A stretch of 64,000 nt of DNA, taken from assembly GCA_002269645.1 (NCBI GenBank), contig NIVC01000423.1, positions 62,001 to 126,000 of the forward strand, read 5' to 3'. The translations under genes were made by a program, and so were the position numbers. Below the pieces are notes generated by a model. The model had not been told where the DNA came from and did not search any database. It saw nothing but the letters and a program-made list of their open reading frames with translations. Source of the stretch: Macrostomum lignano. Lineage: Eukaryota. Below are positions 25,215-38,990 of the stretch, one piece after another. How positions within the stretch are numbered: position 1 is the first letter of the stretch; each line of letters begins with the position of its first letter.

Positions 25215-25988
25215 CTGTGTGAATGACTGAGGCGCTGTGTGAATGTAGGAAATTTTTTATAATTGGAGTGGATCATGTGTGAACAGATGAGATTCTGTGT
25301 GAACGGATGGGATTCTGTGTGAACAGATGAGATTCTGTGTGAACGGATGGGATTCTGTGTGAACAGAGGATATTATGTGTGAATGGAGGGTATTCTGTGT
25401 GAGCGGATGGGATTCTGTGTGAACAGATGAGATTCTGTGTGAACGGATGGGATTCTTTGTGAACAGAGGATATTCTGTGTGAATGGAGGGTATTCTGTGT
25501 GAATGGAGGGTATTCTGTGTGAACAGATGGGATTCTGTGTGAACAGAGTATATTCTGTGTGAATGGAGGGTATTCTGTGTGAGCGGAGGTTATTCTGTGT
25601 GAACAGATGGGATTCTGTGTGAACAGATGGGATTCTGTGTGAACAGATGGGATTCTGTGTGAACAGAGGATATTCTGTGTGAACGGAGAGGATTCTGTAT
25701 GAACAGATAAGATTTTGTGTGAACTGATGGGATTCTGTGTGAACAGGTGGGATTCTGTGTGAACAGATGGGATTCTGTGTGAACAGAGGGTATTCTGTGT
25801 GAATGGAGGGCATTCTGTGTGAGCGAAGGTTATTCTGTGTGAACAGATGGGATTCTGTTTGAACAGATGGGATTCTGTGTGAACAGATGGGATTCTGTTT
25901 GAACAGATGGGATTCTGTTTGAACAGATGGGATTCTGTGTGAACAGATGGGATTCTGTGTGAACAGATGGGATTCTGTGTGAACGGAG
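25215..25988. repeat. 20-bp minisatellite (GATTCTGTGTGAACAGATGG)
   Basis: Direct periodicity. Confidence 0.95.
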
Positions 25989-26736
25989 GGCGCATCTGGA
26001 TACTTCACTGCATCTAGATGCGTTCGCACCAATGCACTTTAGTCAAACGAAATCAAAACATGCTGAAATTTTGCACAGTTTCAATGAAGTCTGACCAAAA
26101 TTGAAATTGGCAAATCTAAATATTAGTGTTCGAATGTATCATATTTGGTATAAACAGTTCAGTGAATTGAGATTATTTTTGTCAGACTAAGCTCAACTTA
26201 AATAGAGTCAATATAATTAATAGAAGCTGCACTATAGGGCCAGCACTTGATGATGGAAATAAGCAGACTTCAACTTCGTGAATTGGGTTCGAATAAAGGT
26301 CTTATGTTATAATTCGAATATGATTATGATTAGGTAGAAGCAGTAGCTCGACAGACGGAAGGAAGTCAAGGTGCAATTATAGGCATAAGCGACATGGGTG
26401 ACAAATTTTTGTTTAAAAAAGAAACTTCTTATAAATAAGCTGTGTTGCTAAAACTATACTATAGATTATATAGTATATCAACACGAATGCAGGGCAACAC
26501 CAACTAACAACTATAGGCAGTAGAAGGCATGAGTGTACAGAACAGAAAATTAAGTAAAAGTAAAGTCAACAACGCTAGCAACAGTTGCTTTGCAATTGCA
26601 GACAGAAAAAGAAACCTTAGTGCAAGTGTAAACAGTGGGAGCTGATGCTATGAAGATCTACAACTATCATATTTTTAGTAATTGCTTGTAGTTGCAGTCT
26701 GCACTCACTGTGACTGTTATAGTCACTATAATTAGG

Positions 26737-26960
26737 TATCCGCCCCCTGTTTCCGCCCCTATTTCCGCCCCTATTCCGACTCCCACTGTCACCTTGTCAT
26801 CTCTGTCACTATTTCCCGCCCCTTGTCAAAAATCCACCCCTATTTCCGCCCCTCTGTCACCTTACTTTCCGCCCCTACTTTCCGCCCCTACTTTCCGCCC
26901 CTACTTTCCGCCCCTACTTTCCGCCCCTACTTTCCACCCCTACTTTCCGCCCCTACTTTC
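26737..26960. repeat. 13-bp repeat (TACTTTCCGCCCC)
   Basis: Direct periodicity. Confidence 0.9.
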
Positions 26961-27109
26961 CGTGGACTTTCTGTCCCACTGTCACCCAGAATCTACTCTA
27001 TAGCTATCATTATTTTGAAGTAAATAACAAACAAATTTGCAGATAAAACAGAAATATTTTGCAATCAATTACGCCAGCAAATTCAATTAAATTTCTTTTT
27101 TTTACAGTT

Positions 27110-28098
27110 TCATCTCGTCTTAGTCGAATTAGGCGACTCCGATGGCGATGAAGTTGTTGAATTGGTTGCATCAATGGCAGTTGCTGTTGTCACGGTGATG
27201 GCTTCTGTGTACTGTAGCTGCTGCTGCTGCTGTATCTGATGCAGCTGCTGTTGAAGCTGCGACGCCAGCGGAGGCAGCGGCGGCAGCCCCGGCAGCGGCG
27301 GCAAAGTCGAAGTTGCTCTCAGCTGATTGGCCAGGAGCGCCAGAGCGGCATACTGACTGTACAGACCGCTGAAGTCCAGAGGCAGCGACGGTGGTGGCGG
27401 AGGCGGCGGCGGCGGAGGCGGCGGCGGCGGCAGCGGCATTGAAGCTCCGCCAGCAGCAAACAGGACACCAGAAGCAGAAGCAGCAGCCGAAGTTGTTGCA
27501 GAAGAAGCAGGCATTGTTCCCGGCCGGGTTGGCGGGTTGGGGATGTTGTCGAAGACTTTCTGCTTCGCTGAGCGGCTGCTGCTGCCGGCATCCGGTGTGC
27601 ATGCGGGGAAGTCGTCTCGAGAAGGCCGGCACTGATGCTGGTAGGGGTGCTGGTAGGGGTGCTGGTAGGGATCAGCCGAGGCTCTGGGACTCCCAGAAGA
27701 CATCAGATCGTCAATACGGAAGCTGCTTCGAGCGGTTGTCGCCGCTGACATGCTTGCGGTGGCGGCTGCAAACAGTCGCGGCCGCTTCTGCATCTCGGTA
27801 GCTGAGGAGCCAGTCCCATCTTCATCAAACTGTTGACCGGCAGCTTCAGCATCGGCTGTCGATCCCGCAGACTCGGCCGGCTTCTGACGCCTCTTCCGCC
27901 GTCTGTAGTTGCCGTTCTCGAACATCTCCTCGCAGTTCTCGGCCAGCGTCCAGAAGTTGCCCTTGCCCGGGCGGCCTTTGTCGCGCTGGACTTTGACGAA
28001 GCATTCGTTGAGTGACAGGTTGTGCCGGATGGAGTTCTGCCAGCCCTGCTTGTTCTCGTGGTAGTAGGGGAAGTGGTCCATGATGAACTGGTAGATCC
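27110..28098 (-). CDS. FOXL1: Forkhead box L1, exon 2
   Basis: [51 protein letters not shown]...[13 protein letters not shown] (GRPGKG and GNYRRRKR are FoxL1-type, not FoxC/L2); acceptor CGCGCAG phase 1; eh1-like SFRIDDLM at ~27701-27724; poly-P, poly-Q. Confidence 0.88.
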
Positions 28099-28220
28099 CT
28101 GCGCGTGAAGGCGGTGTGACGGATTTTTGTGGTGTTGAATTAATTGCGAACATTTTTATGGGCCTGACTTTTTCATATGCTCCTCATCCTCAGGCGCTTC
28201 AGACACTTCGATTGTCAAAA

Positions 28221-28790
28221 GGCGCCAATTCCAGGTGTCAGTTTGGATAGGGGCGCCTATTCCAGGTGTCAGTTTGGATAGGGGCGCCTATTCCAGGTGT
28301 CAGTTTGGATAGGGGCGCCATTCCAGGTGTCAGTTTGGATAGGGGCGCCTATTCCAGGTGTCAGTTTGGATAGGGGCGCCTATTCCAGGTGCCAGTTTGG
28401 ATAGGGGCGCCAGTTTCAGGTATCAGTTGGGAAGGGGGCGCCAATTTCAGGTGTCAGTAGATGGGGGCGCCAATTACAGATGTCAATAGATGGGGCGCCA
28501 ATTCTAGGTGTCAGTTGTGAGGGGGGCGCTAATTCCAGATGTCAGTTTGGATAGGGGGTCAATTCCAGGTGTCAGTTGTGAGGGGAGCGCCAATTCCAAG
28601 TGTCGATAGATGGGGGCGCCAATTTCAGGTGTCAGTAGATGGCGGCGCCAATTCCAGGTGTCAGTTGGGAAGGGGGCGCAAATTCCAAGTGTCAGTTGTG
28701 AGGGGGCGCCAATTTCAGATGTCAGTTTGGACAGGGGCGCCAATTCCAGGTGTCAGTTGTGAGGGGGGCGCCAACTCCAGGTTTCAGTAG
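28221..28790. repeat. ~31-bp minisatellite (TTCCAGGTGTCAGTTTGGATAGGGGCGCCTA) in FoxL1 intron
   Basis: Direct periodicity, degenerating to the right. Confidence 0.92.
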
Positions 28791-29734
28791 GCGGGGACGC
28801 CCATAATGCGTGTGTCGTGTTTGCCAAACTAAATTTCAAAACGAAGTCTTGAATTTCAATTAAAAGTTTACTGCGACTGCATCGGAAATCAAGTGGATGA
28901 AATATCCCATAAGGAAACACAACAATAACCCAGCCGTAATGTTTGAATCCAGTCATTCGGTTCTATCTGCACACATCTGCATGCATTAAGACTACACAGT
29001 GACACTTGAACTGCCCAATGTGGGGGCACAAGTCCATTGAGGAATTGCAAATCCCCCTGCAGGTTGTCAAGTGGCCTGGCAACCCCCCTCCAAAGCCCGC
29101 GGTCTGTAGGGATCCACCTGATATGGGATTATTATGCGTTGGTATAAACAAGAATCTCGATTCCATAATCTAAATCCCCAAGCCGGGATAATCCCTGTTA
29201 AATATATCAACGAACGCCGGCAAAACTAACCCTGAGGCCAAATGGTTATCCCATCACCCATGCAGCCTCCTGCATGCCGCAAATCTTCCCATATTACATG
29301 TTGACAGTCCGATAAATCCCCTCCCCCTACCCCTACCAGATTCGTTCGTTATTTTCAATTAGTCAGTCAAACATGTCAATCTAAACTGGCCCCATAGCCT
29401 GTATTCTATCTTCCTCAAACACCCTCTGGCAGTGCGGAATGCCACAGCCCGATTTTCAAGATCAGCAAGTCAGGATTTTCGTATCCGGGACTAAAAATGC
29501 AAAACGCCTTGAGGAGTTTCCGGCGCTATAATTTCCTAAACTGAATTTTGCCGGTGAAACAGCGTGAACAAAATTAAAATAGAAAGTGTGAACGCATTAG
29601 TTACCAACGTGAATGGGGGAAAAGGTAGTTTGATCGTTTTCTTATTAGTGTGAATACCTAAAGTGTGAATCACTAAATTTAAATGTGAATTTTACCAACA
29701 TTGTGAATACCATCAATTAGCAATGTTAATCCTA

Positions 29735-31508
29735 AACTCAACAGACGTGAATCCTAAACTCAAACAGCGTGAATGCTTAACTCAAACAGACATAAATCCA
29801 AAACTCAAACAGCGTGAATTCCAAACTCAAACAGCGTGAATCCAAAACTCAAACAGCGTGAATTCCAAACTCAAACAGCGTGAATCCAAAACTCAAACTG
29901 CGTGAATCCCAAACTCAAACAGCGTGAATCCCAAACTCAAACAGCGTGAATTCCAAACTCAAACAGCGTGAATCCAAAACTCAAACAGCGTGAATTCCAA
30001 ACTCAAACAGCGTGAATCCAAAACTCAAACAGCGTGAATCCCAAACTCAAACAGATGTGAATCCCAAACTCAAAAAGCGTGAATCCCAAACTCAAACAGA
30101 CGTGAATCCTAAACTCAAACAGCGTTAATCCCAAACTCAAACAGCGTGAATCCTAAACTCAAACAGCGTTAATCCCAAACTCAAACAGCGTTAATCCTAA
30201 ACTCAAACAGCGTTAATCCCAAACTCAAACAGCGTTAATCCCAAACTCAAACAGACGTGAATCCTAAACTCAAACAGCGTGAATCCCAAACTCAAACAGA
30301 CGTGAATCCCAAACTCAAACTGCGTGAATCCCAAACTCAAACAGCGTGAATCCCAAACTCAAACAGCGTGAATCCTAAACTCAAACAGCGTGAATCCTAA
30401 ACTCAAACAGACGTGAATCCCAAACTCAAACAGCGTGAATCCTAAACTCAAACAGCGTGAATCCTAAACTCAAAAAGCGTGAATTCCAAACTCAAACAGA
30501 CGTGAATCCTAAACTCAAACAGCGTGAATGCCAAACTCAAACAGCGTGAATCCCAAACTCAAACAGACGTGAATCCTAAACTCAAACAGACGTGAATGCC
30601 AAACTCAAACAGACGTGAATCCCAAACTCAAACAGCGTGAATCCTAAACTCAAACAGCGTGAATCCTAAAGTCAAACTGCGTGAATCCTAAACTCAAACT
30701 GCGTGAATCCTAAACTCAAACAGCGTGAATCCCAAACTCAAACAGCGTGAATCCTAAACTCAAACAGCGTGAATCCCAAACTCAAACAGCGTGAATCCTA
30801 AACTCAAACTGCGTGAATCCTAAACTCAAACAGACGTGAATCCCAAACTCAAACAGCGTGAATGCCAAACTCAAACAGATGTGAATCCCAAACTCAAACA
30901 GACATAAATCCAAAACTCAAACAGCGTGAATTCCAAACTCAAACAGCGTGAATCCAAAACTCAAACAGCGTGAATCCCAAACTCAAACAGATGTGAATCC
31001 CAAACTCAAACAGATGTGAATCCCAAACTCAAACAGATGTGAATCCCAAACTCAAAAAGCGTGAATTCCAAACTCAAACAGACGTGAAACCTATACTCAA
31101 ACAGCGTTAATCCCAAACTCAAACAGCGTGAATCCTAAACTCAAACAGCGTTAATCCCAAACTCAAACAGCGTGAATCCTAAACTCAAACAGCGTGAATC
31201 CTAAAGTCAAACAGCGCGAATCCCAAACTCAAACAGCGTTAATCCCAAACTCAAACTGCGTGAATCCTAAACTCAAACAGCGTGAATCCCAAACTCAAAC
31301 AGCGTGAATCCCAAACTCAAACAGCGTGAATCCTAAACTCGAACAGCGTGAATCCCAAACTCGAACAGCGTGAATCCCAAACTCAAACAGCGTGAATCCT
31401 AAACTCAAACAGCGTGAATCCCAAACTCAAACAGCGTGAATCCTAAACTCAAAAAGCGTGAATCCCAAACTCAAACAGACGTGAATCCTAAACTCAAACA
31501 CCGTGAAT
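29735..31508. repeat. 22-bp minisatellite (GTGAATCCCAAACTCAAACAGC), ~80 copies, in FoxL1 intron
   Basis: Direct periodicity. Confidence 0.97.
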
Positions 31509-31524
31509 ACCCATCACTGCTCAC

Positions 31525-31747
31525 CATTCAATGTGATCTTTCTGTCCGGAGCGCTTTTAATTGCCATGGCAATGAGAGCAATGTAAGAATAGGGCGGTTT
31601 TGGCGGACTTTCCATCCCGGAGGTGACACTGGTCAGCTCACCAGCCATCAAAGCTCGATAATAGCTGGCCATGGCGGCGGGATCTGGCTGATGCGGCTGA
31701 TGCTGCTGACCCAGGTACGATGGCGGAAAAGCTACGAAAGGATCCAT
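31525..31747 (-). CDS. FOXL1: Forkhead box L1, exon 1 (MDPFVAF...[26 protein letters not shown]); joined protein 403 aa
   Basis: Forkhead N-terminus [14 protein letters not shown]; donor GTGAGC phase 1 joins exon 2 exactly to give TLNGIYQF. Confidence 0.9.
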
Positions 31748-32229
31748 TTTTAATGATAACAAATAATTTTGTTTGAAACTTTCGCTAGAAGTTGCGACGC
31801 CAAACGAGATTTGCGATTGCGATTTTGATTGCGATTTTAAGAAAAAATAGATCAGCCAGAGCTGGGTCGGGGTTCGTCCCTCCACCGCCAACCCCCCCCC
31901 CCAGGACTGCTGGCTTCCTATTGGCTGGCGGAATGGGGTGGTGGTGACGCAGGTCCAATCCAATCCACTTGATTGTCAAGCATTTCCACACAAGGCTGGC
32001 CTTCTATGAACGAGCGGGAAGAGAGTGACAAAATATCGAAATTCGACTTCTTAAAATGATTATTTATGGCCTTCAAGCTAAAAATCGAAGGTAAAATTTT
32101 ATCGGACGGGAAGTTGTAAAAATTGTTTAAATATAAACTTTGCTCGTCAGGCTGGAAACTGCATTGGGCATGTCTGTCCAGCAACAGCATTCTATTTATG
32201 TTTGGTCTCCTTGTGTTTATTTCATTTCC

Positions 32230-32465
32230 GGTGGATCAATTCGGGTTTCGGGGAAATTTGGGTTTCGGGAAATTCGTGTTTCGGGGAAATTCGGATTTTG
32301 GGGAAATTCGATTTCTTGGAAATTCGAGTATAAGAAAATTCGGGTTTTGGGGATATTCGGGTTTTGGGGATAACCGGGTTTCGGGGAAATTCGGTTTAGG
32401 AAAATTTGGGTCTCGGGGATATTCGGGTTTTGAGACATTTGGGTTTCTCGGAAATTCAGGATTCT
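32230..32465. repeat. Degenerate GGAAATTCGGGTTT repeat
   Basis: Recurring motif. Confidence 0.75.
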
Positions 32466-32974
32466 GAGGTATTCGGCTGTTAGAGATTTCAGGTTTGAGT
32501 TTCAGCAAAAATTCTCGGATTAAAATCGAAATGCTTTTGTTTTAAACAAATTTTAGTCACCTGACGTCTGTAGTTACGACTATCAGCGAGAGCCGCGATT
32601 GCGTAATGCGAATTTTTAATCTTGGGTTACAAATTGCACATTTAAAACAAATATTCCAGTAAACCTTTTAACGTATTAATTGTGGATGTAACTAAATAAA
32701 CTGCTTAGTTCAGTCACCATAAAAGTTGAAAATGTTTTTGATTGCGTAATAACTGATAAGATACGGACCTTTAACTCTATCTCCGGTAGGCTACAGTATA
32801 AAAGGCTGCATTCGGGTGTTGATTGAATAAACTTTGATAAATCTATCCGAATGATTCATAGAGCGGCTGACTTCTTTGCTGAATTTTACGTGTTTGAAGT
32901 TTCACATGCTAATAAATGAGTTTAAGCTAAAAATAGACTCGTTAGAAATCCCATTGATAATATTGTGAGAAATC

Positions 32975-33755
32975 TCACAGATAATCGCGTGAGAATCCTA
33001 CAGATAATCTCATGAGAATCCTACAGATAATCTCATGAGAATCCTACAAATAATCTCGTGAGACTCCTACAGATAATCTCATGAGACTCCTACAGATAAT
33101 CTCATGAGAATCCCACAGATAATCTCATGAGAATCCCACAGATAATCTCATGAAAATCTCACATATTATCTCATGATAATCATATAGATAATCTCATGAG
33201 AATCCTACAGATAATCTCATGAGAATCCTACAGATAATCTCATGAGAATCCTACAGATAATCTCGTGAGAATCCACACAGATAATCTCATGAGAATCCTA
33301 CAGATAATCTCATGAGAATCCTACAAATAAGCTCATGAGAATCCTACAAATAATCTCGTGAGACTCCTACAGATAATCTCATGAGACTCCTACAGATAAT
33401 CTCATGAGAATCCTACAGATAATCTCATGAGAATCCTACAGATAATCTCAGGAGAATCCTGCAGATAATCTCATGAGTATCTCACGGATAATCTCATGAG
33501 AATCTCACAGATAATGTCGTGAGAATCTCATATGTAATCTCATAAGAATCTCACGGATAATCTCATGAGAATCCTACAGAAAAGCTTATGAGAATCTTAC
33601 AGATAATCTCAGGAGAATCTCACATGTAATCTCAGGAGACTCCTACAGAAAATCTCATGAGAATCTCACAGATAATCTCGTGAGAATCTCACATGTAATC
33701 TCATGAGACTCCTACAGATAATCTCATGAGAATCCTACAGATAATCTCATGAAAA
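32975..33755. repeat. 23-bp minisatellite (GATAATCTCATGAGAATCCTACA) with palindromic TCTCATGAGA core
   Basis: Direct periodicity. Confidence 0.93.
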
Positions 33756-34227
33756 ACCTGCCGACAATGTGAGGTATTTCTTATAAAATAAAAAATTCAC
33801 ACGTTCCGTTAAACATTTTGCAATTGTTGCAGCAGTCAGAGTTTAATTCTGTTTAAAAATAAACATGAAACCAGCTAAGCTATTGAAATTTCCGGTATTG
33901 CTGAATAAGTCAACTTAAACAAAATATGCGACGAATTTTACAACAAAACAGTTAATAAACATAAGAATAAAGATTTGACAGCTTGAAGCCCTGAATATGG
34001 AAACTGACAAATAGAATTTCCTCTCAAGTGTCCCCTCCGCCACTTTCCCCCACAATCTTCTGGCAGCAGCAAAGTGAAAGTCAAGCAAGCCGAAAAATAG
34101 TTGTCTCTTTCAGGGACCTTTCAGCGCAGCTGTTACCTGGATTCGAAAGCTGACTTTTTGCTGAATAAGGACAATGACTGTGTTGATATGATGAAATGTA
34201 ATGAAATCAATTTTTCCTTTTTCAGGG

Positions 34228-34505
34228 GAGCCATTTCCTTCAAAGGGTTGCCAGTTCCTTTGAGAGTTGTGCCATTTCCTTTGAGAGTTGTGCCATTTCC
34301 TTTGAGAGTTGTGCCATTTCCTTTGAGAGTTGTGCCATTTCCTTTGAGAGTTGTGCCATTTCCTTTGAGAGTTGTGCCATTTCCTTTGAGAGTTGTGCCA
34401 TTTCCTTCGAGGGTGTGGTGCCATTTCCTTCGAGGGTGTGGTGTAATTTCCTTTGAGGGTGTGGTGCCATTTCCTTCGAGGGTGTGGTGCCATTTCCTTC
34501 GAGGG
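34228..34505. repeat. 21-bp minisatellite (TGCCATTTCCTTTGAGAGTTG)
   Basis: Direct periodicity. Confidence 0.93.
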
Positions 34506-34967
34506 GGTGCCGGCCTGCTGCTCGAGCCGTTGGTCTCGACGTTCAAAAAGTGGATCCTCGCTGACATCAGGAAGAATCAAAACTGGCACAGTCCAGGTCT
34601 CCGCAGGGGAGGTCCTTGCATTTTCTAAAACGCGCCATCAACACACGCCAGTATAGTGCTGCAGTGTTTGGAGTTACCCTTCAGCTGGGCAACCACCGCA
34701 CACATACTATATAAGCAAACAATTTCAAACTCCAGGAGGTCGCGCTGCTGGAAGCACATAGGAGCCAACATATAAATATGTAAATATATATATAAAATAA
34801 AAGCTTGCAGCCGATGAATTAAACAAACTTATTTTGCTTTCACCAACCGCCCAGCGACAGAGTATATCTTATATATATTTATATACAGCCGTTTATTTAT
34901 AGTATATACTGGAATTTAACGCCTAAAGTAATGCACAATGCAATATACTGAATGGAACCAAGAACCT

Positions 34968-35660
34968 GATGACCCACTAGTTCACCTGACGACCCAATAA
35001 AATACAATATGACCCACTGACTCAGAATATGACCCACCGGCTCACAATATGACCCACCGGTTCACATTATTACCCACTGACTCACAGTATGACCCACTGA
35101 CTCGCAGTATGACCCACTGACTCACAGTATGACCCACAGATTTACAGTATGACTCACTGACTCAAAATATGACCCACCGGCTCACAGTATGACCCACTGA
35201 CTCACAATATGACCCACCGACTCACAATATGACCCACTGACTCACAATATGACCCACTGACTCACAGTATGACCCACTGACTCACAATATGACCCACTGA
35301 CTCACAGTATGACCCACTGACTCACAATATGACCCACTGAATCGCAGTATGACCCACTGACTCACAATATGACCCACTGACTCACAATATGACCCACTGA
35401 CTCACAATATGACCCACCGACTCACAATATGACCCACTGACTCACAATATGACCCACTGACTCACAGTATGACCCACTGACTCACAATATGACCCACTGA
35501 CTCACAGTATGACCCACTGACTCACAATATGACCCACTGAATCGCAGTATGACCCACTGACTCACAATATGACCCACTGACTCACAATATGACCCACTGA
35601 CTCACAATATGACCCACTGACCCACAATATGACCCACTGACTCGCAGTATGCCCCACTGA
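34968..35660. repeat. 20-bp minisatellite (GACCCACTGACTCACAATAT)
   Basis: Direct periodicity. Confidence 0.95.
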
Positions 35661-36209
35661 TTTCTAGCATGACCTATGAATTGGCAATATCAATCTTAAT
35701 TTTATAACACAAGGACAAATTCCATCAAAACTTGATGCGCAACAATTTGACCTCATCTGTTTTTATTAATTATACCATCCTTTACTTTAAGCGCTATACG
35801 ATCGTAAGAAGCACATTTACATCATTCTGACAATATGCCTGACCTTGTAAAGTTATCAAGAAAGCCATTTTTTGGTCCCCAGTTTATGCACAGGATCTGA
35901 ACTCGATAGATTGTATTGATGGTATTGATGGTATGAGGCCTGTCTATTGATGGAGAACTTGCTGAAATTCCATAATTTGTATGCCGTTTCATTGATTCAC
36001 CAGCTGGTGTAGAAATGATGAATTCAGACATGAATGTGCTAACTGCCATCTTCTACTACACGTGTTACTATACTAAGGGGTTCAGTCTTGCCATCAAGGG
36101 TTCACAGGATGTCATCTTGCTTTTTGGCAGAACGAAAGAGTGACTCTGAGAGGGGAGAGAAAGGATCTTAAATGGAAACGAGGGGGGGGAAGGGAAAAAC
36201 TGGAGGGTA

Positions 36210-37372
36210 GAGAGGGGAAGGATTGGAGGGTAGAGAGGGGAAGGAGTGGAGGGTAGAGAGGGGAAGGAGTGGAGGGTAGAGAGGGGAAGGAGTGGAGGGT
36301 AGAGAGGGGAAGGAGTGGAGGGTAGAGAGGGAAGGAGTGGAGGGTAGAGAGGGGTAGGAGTGGAGGGTAGAGAGGGAAGGAGTGGAGGGTAGAGAGGGGA
36401 AGGAGTGGAGGGTAGAGAGGGGAAGGAGTGGAGGGTAGAGAGGGGAAGGAGTGGAGGGTAGAGAGGGGAAGGAGTGGAGGGTAGAGAGGGAAGGAGTGGA
36501 GGGTAGAGAGGGGAAGGAGTGGAGGGTAGAGAGGGGTAGGAGTGGAGGGTAGAGAGGGGAAGGAGTGAAGGGTAGAGAGGGGAAGGAGTGGAGGGTAGAG
36601 AGGGGAAGGAGTGGAGGGTAGAGAGGGGAAGGAGTGGAGGGTAGAGAGGGGAAGGAGTGGAGGGTAGAGAGGGGAAGGAGTGGAGGGTAGAGAGGGGAAG
36701 GAGTGGAGGGTAGAGAGGGGAAGGAGTGGAGGGTAGAGAGGGGTAGGAGTGGAGGGTAGAGAGGGGAAGGAGTGGAGGGTAGAGAGGGGAAGGAGTGAAG
36801 GGTAGAGAGGGGAAGGAGTGGAGGGTAGAGAGGGGAAGGAGTGGAGGGTAGAGAGGGGAAGGAGTGGAGGGTAGAGAGGGAAGGAGTGGAGGGTAGAGAA
36901 GGGTAGGAGTGGAGGGTAGAGAGGGGTAGGAGTGGAGGGTAGAGAGGGAAGGAGTGGAGGGTAGAGAGGGGAAGGAGTGGAGGGTAGAGAGGGGAAGGAG
37001 TGGAGGTAGAGAGGGGAAGGAGTGGAGGGTAGAGAGGGGAAGGAGTGGAGGGTAGAGAGGGGAAGGAGTGGAGGGTAGAGAGGGGAAGGAGTGAAGGGTA
37101 GAGAAGGAAGGAGTGGAGGGTAGAGAGGGGAAGGAGTGGAGGGTAGAGAGGGGAAGGAGTGGAGGGTAGAGAGGGGAAGGAGTGGAGGGTAGAGAGGGGA
37201 AGGAGTGGAGGTTAGAGAAGGAAGGAGTGGAGGGTAGACAGGGGAAGGAGTGGAGGGTAGACAGGGGAAGAAGTGAGGGTAGAGAGGGAAGGAGTGGAGG
37301 GTAAAGAGGGGAAGGAGTGGAGGGTAGAGAGGGGAAGGAGTGGAGGGTAGAGAAGGTAATGAATGGAAGGTA
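36210..37372. repeat. 23-bp purine-rich minisatellite (GGGTAGAGAGGGGAAGGAGTGGA), ~50 copies
   Basis: Direct periodicity. Confidence 0.96.
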
Positions 37373-38153
37373 GAGAAGGGAGAAGTGAGATAAGATATGA
37401 AGAGGTAGGTAGAGACTGAGATGCAGAGAGATCGAAGAGATGATAAGAGAGTGCATGCAGGTGTCTAACTGCGCTTCAACACAAATCATCAGTTTCTGCA
37501 GCGCACAGCCAAACAAAGAGCAATCTGCAACGTACTTGAAAAGGCATATGCTCGTATAGCTGCATTGTCAACAATAAACCAACTAAACTAAAGCTGGTTG
37601 TTGATACAACACACGGATGGAATGCTGATCAACACCCAGTGGAAGCTCTCTCGGTCACACAATGCGACATGGATTTTACTTGATCTGGAATTTATTTGAA
37701 GCCTGGGCTAGGAATGCCAGTCAGTCAGTCAGTCAGTCATTTTTCCGTCTGACTGAGACAGAGCTGTCCTCAGAAATAGATTAGTTGATGGATGAACGCG
37801 GAGAGCTGTCACGGCGGCACAGTCGGAGGTCCCCCTCGGAGAGAATTTTTTTCTGTTTCCAAAAAATCAGCAATTTGTTAATCTGTGTAAACAAATTTTC
37901 GCTCTTTATAAACGAAAGGCGGAAGTTCGAAATGTATATATTATTACACGAGGCTCGTGTTCAGCTCGTGATGTGGCATAAGCCGGATAAAACAACCACT
38001 GGTTTTGATGCCACACGGACAGGGGGGTTTCTACTTCAGTGCTTTTTCTGTCAGCAGCAAATGCTGGATATCTATATATTGTACAGTCAATCCAGTTCCT
38101 GTAGAAATTCAATATTCTCTTTTTTTCACTCTGCAATTGATTGCGGCCATGTC

Positions 38154-38247
38154 TCTATCAATATCAATATCAATATCTATATCAATATCTATATCAATAT
38201 CTATATCTATATCTATATCTATATCTATATCTATATCTATATCTATA
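38154..38247. repeat. (ATATCA/ATATCT)n microsatellite
   Basis: Direct. Confidence 0.93.
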
Positions 38248-38285
38248 CCTACAACATCATCAAAACTATCAAACTAATCATCAAA

Positions 38286-38990
38286 GGGAAATCTCAACCT
38301 TGAACTGAAACTACACAAATGGAAATCTCAACCTTGAACTGAAACTACACAAATGGAAATCTCAACCTTGAACTGAAACTACACAAATGGAAATCTCAAC
38401 CTTGAACTGAAACTACACAAATGGAAATCTCAACCTTGAACTGAAACTACACAAATGGAAATCTCACCCTTGAACTGAAACTACACAAATGGAAATCTCA
38501 ACCTTGAACTGAAACTACACAAATGGAAATCTCAACCTTGAACTGAAACTACACAAATGGAAATCTCAACCTTGAACTGAAACTACACAAATGGAAATCT
38601 CACCCTTGAACTGAAACTACACAAATGGAAATCTCACCCTTGAACTGAAACTACACAAATGGAAATCTCAACCTTGAACTGAAACTACACAAATGGAAAT
38701 CTCAACCTTGAACTGAAACTACACAAATGGAAATCTCAACCTTGAACTGAAACTACACAAATGGAAATCTCAACCTTGAACTGAAACTACACAAATGGAA
38801 ATCTCAACCTTGAACTGAAACTACACAAATGGAAATCTCACCCTTGAACTGAAACTACACAAATGGAAATCTCAACCTTGAACTGAAACTACACAAATGG
38901 AAATCTCAACCTTGAACTGAAACTACACAAATGGAAGTCTCACCCTACAACTACAAATACACAATGGAAATCTCACGCACTTGAACTGGA
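38286..38990. repeat. 34-bp near-perfect minisatellite (AAATGGAAATCTCAACCTTGAACTGAAACTACAC), ~20 copies
   Basis: Head-to-tail, no spacers. Confidence 0.96.

Noticed and set aside
34505-34800. GC-richer patch as an exon
   Set aside because: No frame gives a recognisable motif or consistent splice pair
38286-38990. 34-bp repeat as a CRISPR array
   Set aside because: Units are head-to-tail with no unique spacers, no cas genes, eukaryotic context
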